Below, piece by piece: positions 9,901-17,025 of a stretch of 64,000 nucleotides of DNA. The notes below the pieces were generated by a model. That model searched no databases and was not told the origin of the DNA. It saw nothing but the letters and a program-made list of their open reading frames with translations. Both the position numbers and the translations under genes were made by a program. Position 1 is the stretch's first letter; the number at the start of each line of letters is the position of its first letter. Origin of the DNA: an uncultured Flammeovirgaceae bacterium (GTDB taxonomy: Bacteria; Bacteroidota; Bacteroidia; Cytophagales; MED-G16); NCBI GenBank assembly GCA_913052485.1, contig CAJXDN010000001.1:2444-66443 (forward strand), read 5' to 3'.

Positions 9901-10292
9901 ATGAATAAATTATCGTCACTTCTAGTATGATAAATAGGTGATGAAACACCAGTTCTAAGAAAACTATTACTCGAATATGAGAAGTAATCTAAGTTAGAAG
10001 TAGATTTAATATATACACCATTATTATTTATTTGAAATGCCTCAAAAATTAGATTATTTGATAAAGTTGTACTATCAAATGGATTCGATTTAAATATAGA
10101 GTTTATACTCCCATCATATCTATTTAAACCTTCAGGAGTACTTATCCAGAAAAAATTATTTTTATCTAGGAAAATAGAATTAACGTTCTCCGAAGATATA
10201 TTTTCAACATCAAATTTTTTTACTAGAAAGTTTGATTGTGAAAATATATGTTCAGTTACAAGAAATAGTAATGCTAGGAGAACGTTCTTCAT
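6969..10292 (-). CDS. extracytoplasmic-sensor PP2C phosphatase (Reg_prop beta-propeller repeats + Y_Y_Y domain + TM + SpoIIE/RsbU-type PP2C)
   Basis: 1107 aa with a signal peptide and a long repeat-rich ectodomain. Y_Y_Y-type motifs are FYKLEPLNESW, LPYGDYTLRVKSTNSSG and VIPPWY, immediately before a TM helix (LTIYAIIAYIVLIVSSIYMYV). The cytoplasmic PP2C motifs are GGDYYDF, CGDATGHGTASGMM, MISDGLPE and DDITIV. Confidence 0.88.
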   Translation of the reverse strand: MKNVLLALLFLVTEHIFSQSNFLVKKFDVENISSENVNSIFLDKNNFFWISTPEGLNRYDGSINSIFKSNPFDSTTLSNNLIFEAFQINNNGVYIKSTSNLDYFSYSSNSFLRTGVSSPIYHTRSDDNLFITSKNDGVYILNLNDLSSLNLKFDPRNPLSISSSNFSINQNEVLLKVNQDLWIGTSYGLNKYNLNSNLNKRFYETKDSNTLNSNYINDLFFVDKKFSSGKIAIANKILAATQNGLAIINPENNEISNYNSLKNTNIYNTFSVDDDIIIHSEEGLFIIDKINEEEIFLRKISNINGFGKTRKITDNEFVLYAPLSNSFKRIIKNKNDYLDIDVPMSNELRINDVRNFKGAYYISTESGVFRVTEKLNSLTTKNEELDDDEEIIAIQENDYYRVLLTDSRILVFEEDELYVSYSLEDIIGEKTNSNATILLEEDEYLYIGTDKLFILDLYTDDISQYEYSSEGLNSLMDGIINNFSLLIDEEFNKELWISLDNGISILNIDSEEFRNFKFNPRTKNKLPNGFSSVLKLPNEEILVSNINTGLYRYSKNLDLVKHYIFDINDKTSITSSSISSLIDYNDEIYVGTNGDGIFIYQNDSIGFKNFTTVNGLLSNNILGFLKTYQHLFILTDKGVNYFDFEVMSTLTDGNNNNLRNINNEDGLEIGKFLKNGLSFYDDFLYVFSDNNIQKIDFYNLFIDYENPVISLVSSKIIDKNYDELNLSIEDSVINLTDDITNIELTLSSPSFYKTNNTQLFYKLEPLNESWLSLGSNRKIIIQSSGFSQSNFAENKLLLPYGDYTLRVKSTNSSGIESINQVEYSISVIPPWYLTIYAIIAYIVLIVSSIYMYVKFNQDRTKKLMEDKRKEEELEEAHNLQMGLLAKENPKRNDLDISTYIKCATEVGGDYYDFIEFEDGSLLVICGDATGHGTASGMMVSITKAGLLGIDSKDPNYIMKTLNKIIKKVDIGRLRMSLNLAHFQNGSMKLSSAAMPPIYHFEKKKNKVDEIQISNLPLGGLMTEDFTVLDKKFSKGDVLVMISDGLPEAPNKKGDLLDYEAVKNCVEEHSLKSADEIKDELVKLSDNWLQGIHNPDDITIVVCKKLAK

Positions 10293-10310
10293 ATAAACTT
10301 ATGTTAAAGG

Positions 10311-11885
10311 CTAAATTTGACTCTTAGCTAGCTCTCTAACTAGTGCTCTTCCAATTCCGTAAAAATTCTCATTAGCGATCCTATCAAATAAAGCATTCGC
10401 TTCGTCATTTTTTCCAGCACCCTTTAGAGCTAGTCCATGGAAATAGTCAAAGTATACGTTATCAATGCCCAAAGGACCCGATCCTACACTTCCGATATTT
10501 TTTTCATAAGATTCAATTGACGCAGTAAAATCTCCCTCGTTTAAATGGATCATTCCCTCGAAAACATTAATGTCTGAATATGGAAATTGTGCTTCAGGGT
10601 TTTCTATAATCCATCCATCAATATGCTCTCTTGCTGATGATAAAGATTGTCTGGCATCATCATATCTGCCAAAAAGAATCTCATGCCATGCATTTAATAA
10701 TATTACATTATAATCTAACCAATCTTTACTTTCTTCATATTGATTTCCTGTCATTGAAGCTTTATTATAGTCGATGACATTCATTCGATACTTTGCGAAA
10801 AGATCAATCTCATTATAGGATTCATCTTCTTGTTGATTATGTGAATATGATAGAAACCTATTAAAATGTGTATTAGCAAGTTGATTATTTTCCCATGTGT
10901 AAGGGAGTTCAAGTGATGGTAATTTTTCAATGTATTCATCAGTTGCCTCAATTGCTCTATCAAAATTATTAGCAAATATGTGTAAGCTTGGCATGAAGCC
11001 TAATGCTTGCCTATCATAACCTCCTCCTGCTAACTCAATATTTTTCCTAAAAAAAGATTCAGCTAAATCATATTTTCTAAGAAAAGTATTTGTTAATGCG
11101 AGGTAATGGTTTGACTGGTAAACATTGAGATTATCTTCAGATGGTATATTTCCAACCTGCTCATAATACTCAATTGCCTTTTCAAAATTACCCTTAGCTC
11201 TCTCATAGTTTCCTGCATATGTTGGCCCGTATGGGTTGTTTGAGTCAATTTCTATCATTCTGTCAATATACATTTTAGCAGTCTCAAGATTTCTTTCTTC
11301 AACAGGAAGCATTCTACCTAGTGTACCCACAACCATGTGCTTAGCCATCAAGTATGCATTAGCACCGTAGCTATTAGGATTCACTTCAAGACACTTTTCT
11401 AAGTCACTTATTGCGTCTTTAATGTCTCCACCTCCACCTCCAGATTTTAGTATTCCGCTATGTAGCCAGAAGACTGGTATATCAGGATATTTAGTAGTGA
11501 GTTCTTTAAATGTTTCTCTTGAATCTCGACCTTCACCAGTTGCTCTCTCAAACCAACCTTTTATATAAATAGCTTCCATTTCAGATACAGATTCCAGGTC
11601 GTTATTATAAATATCAGTTAGGATCTTTCTATCAGTATTATTTACAAATGGTGAATTTAATAGAACTTTAGCAGTTATGAATTCAGGATCCTTAGACAAT
11701 GCAGCTTTTAGTAAGTTTTCAGCTTTTTGCCAATTTAATCCTGAGTGTGTGTCTAAAGCCTCATAAAATAGTTCCTTTGCTTCGTCAGAAGTAGTTGTTA
11801 CCATCATCCTTTTTTTTTGAACTTCTTGAGTGCCTCCACAAGAAATTAAAAAAATTGAGATTATTACATAAATAAAATTTTTCAT
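10311..11885 (-). CDS. TPR-repeat lipoprotein
   Basis: Signal peptide plus lipobox (MKNFIYVIISIFLISCGG) from the ATG at 11885. The track's 11939 start adds an unlikely 18-aa extension. Repeated TPR-like helices. Ends 18 nt upstream of the PP2C gene on the same strand. Confidence 0.75.
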   Translation of the reverse strand: MKNFIYVIISIFLISCGGTQEVQKKRMMVTTTSDEAKELFYEALDTHSGLNWQKAENLLKAALSKDPEFITAKVLLNSPFVNNTDRKILTDIYNNDLESVSEMEAIYIKGWFERATGEGRDSRETFKELTTKYPDIPVFWLHSGILKSGGGGGDIKDAISDLEKCLEVNPNSYGANAYLMAKHMVVGTLGRMLPVEERNLETAKMYIDRMIEIDSNNPYGPTYAGNYERAKGNFEKAIEYYEQVGNIPSEDNLNVYQSNHYLALTNTFLRKYDLAESFFRKNIELAGGGYDRQALGFMPSLHIFANNFDRAIEATDEYIEKLPSLELPYTWENNQLANTHFNRFLSYSHNQQEDESYNEIDLFAKYRMNVIDYNKASMTGNQYEESKDWLDYNVILLNAWHEILFGRYDDARQSLSSAREHIDGWIIENPEAQFPYSDINVFEGMIHLNEGDFTASIESYEKNIGSVGSGPLGIDNVYFDYFHGLALKGAGKNDEANALFDRIANENFYGIGRALVRELAKSQI

Positions 11886-12019
11886 AATGTTTCTTAATAA
11901 TTTTTTACAATAAATTAGAATTAATTTAATTTTTATCAATTTTAATAAATAAAAATTAAATGAATTGATTTTTCAATTAAAAAATCAATGTTTCTCTGGT
12001 CTTTCTGCTAATTATTCTT

Positions 12020-12229
12020 TTATAATTCCATTAGAGTCTTGTAAAACTCTTTTGATATAGTGAAATATCTGCCGTCTTCTATGTGTAAAGATCCATCTCC
12101 TCTGTTATTTAATGAGTGATATTTAGTAATATGATCCTTGAATTTATTAATGTCTTTGACTAAATAATCTCTCCCATAGTCATCTTTTATTATGACCTTT
12201 TCCATTTTTTTAAGATTTTGTGTAACCAA
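12020..12229 (-). CDS. small hypothetical protein (61-69 aa)
   Basis: ORF only. An alternative ATG at 12205 (MEKVIIKDDY...) exists. No recognisable motif. Confidence 0.4.
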   Translation of the reverse strand: MVTQNLKKMEKVIIKDDYGRDYLVKDINKFKDHITKYHSLNNRGDGSLHIEDGRYFTISKEFYKTLMEL

Positions 12230-12282
12230 AAAAAAGTAATCGACGTTTAGTAAATATCTTAATAGTTTGGTTTACTAGAATT

Positions 12283-12308
12283 AACCCTCACATGTGAGGG
12301 TTTTTTTT
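12283..12308. terminator. strong palindromic hairpin with a T8 run on the + strand
   Basis: AACCCTCA-catg-TGAGGGTT followed by TTTTTTTT (12301-12308). It lies directly after the stop of the minus-strand mini-lipoprotein ORF, but the good U-tract is on the + strand. Confidence 0.6.
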
Positions 12309-12450
12309 ATCCTTCATTTCCAGAACCAGGACGTTCAGCTTCAGGCCTGTCGGCTTCACACTCAGATCCCCTACAAGGTAGATTATCTTCGAAGCCACAT
12401 GATGATAGGAAAATAATAGTTAAAAAGGATAATGTCCTAATTGATTTCAT
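12307..12450 (-). CDS. 47-aa candidate lipoprotein (below the ORF-track length cutoff)
   Basis: Manual translation gives MKSIRTLSFLTIIFLSSCGFEDNLPCRGSECEADRPEAERPGSGNEG*. It has a signal peptide with lipobox LSSC. It lies 24 nt downstream of the DegP-like gene on the same strand and is followed by the hairpin. Confidence 0.45.
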   Translation of the reverse strand: MKSIRTLSFLTIIFLSSCGFEDNLPCRGSECEADRPEAERPGSGNEG

Positions 12451-12474
12451 ATACGTAAAAATAATTATTTTTTT

Positions 12475-13953
12475 TTACCATCCAATTCCGTAGTATGCCT
12501 TGACTCCATTTGGATATAAGCCTTCTACCAGTACTCCGTCGTCTTTAGGTAGTTGTGATAGTATTGTTGATAAATCCTCAACATCAGATATACCTCTTTT
12601 GTTGATCGAGGTGACAATAAATCCTTTAGTAATACCTGAATTTTTCCACTTACCATTATTTATTTCACTTACCTGGGCACCTCCATCGATTTCTAATTTT
12701 TCTCTAAGTTCTTTTGGTACATCTGCGAATACTGCTCCATCAATAGTAAAAGAATTAGATGATGCTACAACTTCTGTGGTTCCTAAAGTGTTTTTTAATG
12801 TTGCGTTAAGTGTTCTTTTATTACCATCTCTAATGTATGTTACTAGTATTTTATCTCCCGGTCTATTTATTGCGACTTGTTCCTGGAGGTTAGATACATT
12901 TCTGATCTCGGCTCCATTTATTTCTACTATAACATCGCCTGACTCTAAGCCTGCCTCATCAGCTGCTCCGCCATCATTGACTCTATCGATCAATACACCA
13001 GTAAGAACAGGTAGATCCCTATCCTCTGCTATTTCTGCATTTACATCTAAGATAGTTATTCCTAATAAAGCCCTCTGAACAACACCATACTCAACAAGGT
13101 CCTGGTAAACTTTCTTTACCAAGTTAGATGGTATAGCAAATGAGTACCCTGCAAACGTTCCTGTTGGAGTAGCAATAGCTGAATTTATACCAATTAGATT
13201 TCCTCTCAGGTCAACAAGTGCACCTCCAGAGTTCCCAGGATTTACTGGCGCTTGATGTTGTATGAAAGCTTCGATTTGAAGGTTATTTCTATCTCTTAAT
13301 ATTCCAATATTTCTTGCTTTTGCACTAACTATTCCTGCAGTCACCGTAGATCTAAATTCAAAAGGAGAACCCACTGCCAGAACCCATTCTCCAATTTCAA
13401 CATTATCAGAATTTCCAAATGCTACGGTTTGAAGATCTTCAGCATCAATTTTTAGTACTGCAATGTCTGTTGTTGGGTCGTTGCCTTCTACAGTTGCGAT
13501 GAAAGTTCTGTTATCACTTAACAGCACCTCTACCTCGGAAGCATTTTCTATGACATGATTGTTTGTTATTATATATCCGTCACTTGTCATTATTACTCCC
13601 GAACCTGAACCTCTCCTTCTTGGCACTTCTCTCTCTCTGTTATCATACCTCTCTCCAAAAAAGTCTCTGAACATATCTTCAAATGGATTCCTGGTGGTTG
13701 TTGATCTACCCTCGAATGTGGTTCGAATATGTACAACGGCCGGAGTGGTTTTTTTTGATGTGTATATAAAATTAAGTCCTTCTGGTACAATTACATCTGT
13801 GGTGTCATATACGTAATTGGCAAGTTTTATATTTTTATTATTGTTGATATTTACATCAGTTTCAGGATTAAAGTATTTATATCCAGTAATAGAAGTGAGT
13901 CCACCTAGAACTGAGAACAGTATTGCAAATAAATAACTTTTTATATTTTTCAT
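12475..13953 (-). CDS. periplasmic serine endoprotease, DegP/DegQ/HtrA family (trypsin-like domain + 2 PDZ)
   Basis: Catalytic triad context (TNNHV, DIAVLKI, GNSGGALV) and two C-terminal PDZ-like regions (GDVIVEINGAEI; GFIVTSINKRGI). Confidence 0.9.
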   Translation of the reverse strand: MKNIKSYLFAILFSVLGGLTSITGYKYFNPETDVNINNNKNIKLANYVYDTTDVIVPEGLNFIYTSKKTTPAVVHIRTTFEGRSTTTRNPFEDMFRDFFGERYDNREREVPRRRGSGSGVIMTSDGYIITNNHVIENASEVEVLLSDNRTFIATVEGNDPTTDIAVLKIDAEDLQTVAFGNSDNVEIGEWVLAVGSPFEFRSTVTAGIVSAKARNIGILRDRNNLQIEAFIQHQAPVNPGNSGGALVDLRGNLIGINSAIATPTGTFAGYSFAIPSNLVKKVYQDLVEYGVVQRALLGITILDVNAEIAEDRDLPVLTGVLIDRVNDGGAADEAGLESGDVIVEINGAEIRNVSNLQEQVAINRPGDKILVTYIRDGNKRTLNATLKNTLGTTEVVASSNSFTIDGAVFADVPKELREKLEIDGGAQVSEINNGKWKNSGITKGFIVTSINKRGISDVEDLSTILSQLPKDDGVLVEGLYPNGVKAYYGIGW

Positions 13954-14030
13954 ATTTAATTTTTTAAGAACACAATATTATACATTGATACGGATAGTTT
14001 TGTTACTTATTTTATGAATTAACAATGTTT

Positions 14031-14064
14031 AACAATAAAAAAAGGGTAAGATGACTTACCCTTT
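14031..14064 (-). terminator. intrinsic terminator downstream of hsp20
   Basis: On the minus strand: AAAGGGTAAG-tcat-CTTACCCTTT followed by TTTTTATTG. Confidence 0.75.
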
Positions 14065-14089
14065 TTACTTAAATATAAAAATAAAGATT

Positions 14090-14506
14090 CTACTTTATTT
14101 CGATCGTCTTTTTAATTGACGCCTTTGTGTCTTTTTTGATTGAAATATTTAAAATACCATTCTTATAATTTGCACTTACCTTAGACTCATCAATATCATC
14201 AGGTAATTGGAATGATCTAGAAAACTTTCCAAAGCCATTCTCAATCGAGTGATAACTTTCTTTTTTATCTTCAAATTTTCTCTCCCCAGATACAGTCAGG
14301 TAACCTTTATCAATTTCTAATGATAAATCACTCTTATTCATTCCAGGAACTGAAAATAAAAAATTGAAAGAATTATCTGTCTCCGAAATATCTACTTTCG
14401 GTGAAAATTCACTTTGAAATTCATTATTAAAAAAATTATCAAAAAAATTATCAAATAATAATGGTCTTACATAATTATTTGATGGTCTTAAAATTAATTG
14501 TCTCAT
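14090..14506 (-). CDS. Hsp20/alpha-crystallin family small heat-shock protein
   Basis: 138 aa. Alpha-crystallin domain signature (PKVDISETDNSFNFLFSVPGMNKSDLSLEIDKGYLTVSGER...FSRSFQLPDDID...ANYKNGILNISI). Confidence 0.9.
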   Translation of the reverse strand: MRQLILRPSNNYVRPLLFDNFFDNFFNNEFQSEFSPKVDISETDNSFNFLFSVPGMNKSDLSLEIDKGYLTVSGERKFEDKKESYHSIENGFGKFSRSFQLPDDIDESKVSANYKNGILNISIKKDTKASIKKTIEIK

Positions 14507-14584
14507 ATTTAATTATTTATTTGTTTTAATATTCACTTTTCTATAATGAAAAAATTATACCACAAGATAAAAAATAGGCGATTT

Positions 14585-14599
14585 ATGACACAATGTCAT
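14585..14599. promoter_or_regulatory. perfect 6-3-6 inverted repeat ATGACA-caa-TGTCAT upstream of hsp20 (candidate operator)
   Basis: Seen directly in the sequence about 80 nt upstream of the hsp20 start. A related half-site, AATGACATTAAA, recurs at about 14630-14641. Confidence 0.25.
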
Positions 14600-14720
14600 T
14601 AAAATAATAAAAAATTAAATATTTATGCCAAAATGACATTAAATGATTTGTTATAATTTTATTTTCGTCTAATTATTGCACAATTAATAATGAAAAATTA
14701 TTATTGCAACTCGATTTTTA

Positions 14721-14794
14721 GCCTTCTTAGCTCAGTTGGTTAGAGCAGTAGACTGTTAATCTATTGGTCCTAGGTTCGAGTCCTAGAGAAGGCG
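14721..14794 (+). tRNA. tRNA-Asn (anticodon GTT)
   Basis: Manual cloverleaf: acceptor GCCTTCT/AGAAGGC, D arm GCTC/GAGC, anticodon arm GTAGA-CTGTTAA-TCTAT, T arm CTAGG-TTCGAGT-CCTAG, discriminator G. 74 nt. Confidence 0.9.
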
Positions 14795-14806
14795 CTTATT
14801 TTGTGG

Positions 14807-14841
14807 ACGATCATGCTTAATTAGTGTGGTCGTTTTTTTTT
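14807..14841 (+). terminator. probable terminator after tRNA-Asn
   Basis: ACGATCATG / TGTGGTCGT stem (three G.U pairs), 9-nt loop, then a T9 run. Confidence 0.45.
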
Positions 14842-14868
14842 ATATTGTAGATAATATACTGACTTAGT

Positions 14869-16074
14869 ATGAGAAAATACGATTTAGTTGTTTGGGGAGC
14901 AACTTCTTTTACCGGAAAATTAGTTACGGAATACTTATTCAATAAGTACGGATCTTCAAAAATTAAATGGGCTATTGCTGGAAGAAATTTAGATAAATTA
15001 GAAAAAGTAAGATATCAGGTAGCCGACGGTAACCTTCCAATGATTATTGCAGATAGTTTTGATGAGGAAAGTCTATCAAAATTTGTAAAAAAAACAAGGG
15101 TTGTATGTTCAACTGTTGGACCTTACTCGTTGTACGGGACAAAACTTGTTAAGCTATGTGTTGAGAATAATACAAATTATTGTGATATAACAGGAGAAGC
15201 TCATTGGATAAGAAACTTGATTGATGACTATCATGAAGAAGCGAAGTCCAAAAAAATAAAAATTGTAAATTCCTGTGGTTTCGACTCGATACCCTCTGAT
15301 ATGGGTGTTTATTTTATTCAGAATGAAATAAAAAAAACTTATAAAACTTATGCAAATTCTATTAAAATGAGAGTTGCAGGTGTAAGAGGAGGAATCAGTG
15401 GTGGAACCTATGGTAGTATCAATAATTTATTAAAGGAAGCCTATTCCAATAAAAAAATATTTAGAGTTTTAAATAACCCCTACGGTCTCAATCCAAAAAA
15501 TAAAATGGAGGGTATGGACAAGAAAGATATAAGGAAAATTATTTTTGATAAGGAATCAAACTCTTGGATTTACCCATTTATAATGGCGGGAATTAATACG
15601 AAAATTGTAAGACGAAGCCACGCATTAACTAATTTTCAATATGGCAAAGATTTTAGATATGAAGAAGCTATGATGTCTGGTAAAGGTATTTCTGGTTTTC
15701 TTAAAGCTATCCTAGCTGTATTCCCACTGGCTATGATTGGTTTAAATCCAAATTCTTTCTTAAAAAAGATCGTAAATTCATATATGCCAAAACCTGGAGA
15801 GGGTCCTGGTGTTGAAAAAAGGAAAAATGGTTTCTATAACTTAAGATTTTATGTAAAAATTGATGAGAGGAGAAAGGCTTTCGCTAAGGTTATAGGAGAT
15901 AATGACCCGGGCTACGGTTCAACCTCAAAAATGCTAGCCGAATCTGCTCTATGTCTAGCATTTGATAAGTTACCTGAAAACTATGGTGTTGTAACCCCCT
16001 CCATTGCTATGGGTAAACAACTTCTCGAAAGATTAAGAAATAATGCAGGATTAGATTTTAAAATTAGTATATGA
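14869..16074 (+). CDS. saccharopine dehydrogenase family oxidoreductase (SCCPDH-like)
   Basis: N-terminal Rossmann motif YDLVVWGATSFTGKLV. Length and the CGFDSIPSD motif are typical of the family. Confidence 0.75.
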   Translation: MRKYDLVVWGATSFTGKLVTEYLFNKYGSSKIKWAIAGRNLDKLEKVRYQVADGNLPMIIADSFDEESLSKFVKKTRVVCSTVGPYSLYGTKLVKLCVENNTNYCDITGEAHWIRNLIDDYHEEAKSKKIKIVNSCGFDSIPSDMGVYFIQNEIKKTYKTYANSIKMRVAGVRGGISGGTYGSINNLLKEAYSNKKIFRVLNNPYGLNPKNKMEGMDKKDIRKIIFDKESNSWIYPFIMAGINTKIVRRSHALTNFQYGKDFRYEEAMMSGKGISGFLKAILAVFPLAMIGLNPNSFLKKIVNSYMPKPGEGPGVEKRKNGFYNLRFYVKIDERRKAFAKVIGDNDPGYGSTSKMLAESALCLAFDKLPENYGVVTPSIAMGKQLLERLRNNAGLDFKISI

Positions 16075-17003
16075 TGCCTCATTTATTCTCAACTTTTTTT
16101 TACTTAATGTTCTTCTTTCAATTGGATTTCTCAGATTATACTCAGAAGATTGATGGTTCAGACCTCTCAATAGATATGGTTTCAATTAGTGGTGGAAAAT
16201 TTGATATGGGAGAGAGTCTAAGAGATAATACTGAAGTTTCTTCATTCTGGATATCAAAGTATGAGATTACATGGGAGATATATAATTTATTTATGGAGCA
16301 CGAAATTTCTAATGACCAGAAATTTAAAGTTGGGGATGAACGGATTTCTTTAGATGGCATAAGTAAACCCACTACTCCTTACACTGATATGACTTTTGGG
16401 ATGGGTTATGAAGGTTATCCCGCTGTTAACATGACACACTACTCTGCAACAAAATTTTGTCAGTGGTTATCAATCAATACTGGATATTATTATAGACTTC
16501 CTACAGAGGCAGAGTGGGAATATGCTAGTAGAGCTGGATCTAGAAAAGACAATTGGTTTGGAGATGAAGTATCCGTGATAGATGATTATGCCTGGTACAA
16601 AGAAAACTCAGGTGGAAAATACCAGAAAGTTGGTCAAAAGAAACCAAATAGTTGGGGGCTGTACGATATGTTAGGAAACGTTTCTGAGTGGGTCGCTGAC
16701 TCGTATGAGGAACGAATATTCAAGCCAAGAGGGATAAGAAAGAATCCATTTGTTTACGACGAAAGTAAATACCCAAAAGTATACAGAGGAGGATCATGGA
16801 AAGATAAACCTGAAAATTTATCAAGTTCTAAAAGATATTTTTCAGATAAGTCACTCCAAAAGAGAGATCCTCAAATTCCAAAAAGTTTATGGTGGAATAC
16901 AGACGCACCATTTATTGGGTTCAGAGTAGTTCGAGTTGATGAAATTAGTAAAAGCTCTCTTAGAAAGAAGTTTTGGAATAATTTAAATTTTATAATAAAT
17001 TAA
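16071..17003 (+). CDS. formylglycine-generating-enzyme (SUMF1/FGE-sulfatase) domain protein
   Basis: Motifs YRLPTEAEWEYASRAG, WGLYDMLGNVSEWVAD and YRGGSW. ATGA overlap with the upstream gene. Confidence 0.85.
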   Translation: MMPHLFSTFFYLMFFFQLDFSDYTQKIDGSDLSIDMVSISGGKFDMGESLRDNTEVSSFWISKYEITWEIYNLFMEHEISNDQKFKVGDERISLDGISKPTTPYTDMTFGMGYEGYPAVNMTHYSATKFCQWLSINTGYYYRLPTEAEWEYASRAGSRKDNWFGDEVSVIDDYAWYKENSGGKYQKVGQKKPNSWGLYDMLGNVSEWVADSYEERIFKPRGIRKNPFVYDESKYPKVYRGGSWKDKPENLSSSKRYFSDKSLQKRDPQIPKSLWWNTDAPFIGFRVVRVDEISKSSLRKKFWNNLNFIIN

Positions 17004-17025
17004 ACTTGAAACATTCTATATACCC

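Noticed and set aside
446-13816. Numerous antisense or overlapping ORFs in the track (for example 446-697, 4621-4872, 5117-5344, 5344-5772, 6181-6564, 8689-8904, 10781-10975, 12500-13078, 13559-13816, 13593-13790)
   Set aside because: Each lies entirely inside a longer ORF on the opposite strand (4621-4872 largely so, extending a few nt beyond the kinase gene) that has strong family motifs. Their translations are low-complexity Ser/Leu/Ile-rich 'shadow' sequences typical of AT-rich genomes.
14721-14794. tRNA-Asn (and tRNA-Arg at 44933-45004) as integration sites of a genomic island
   Set aside because: There is no integrase, no direct repeat of the tRNA 3' end, no compositional break that I can see, and only ordinary metabolic genes flank them.
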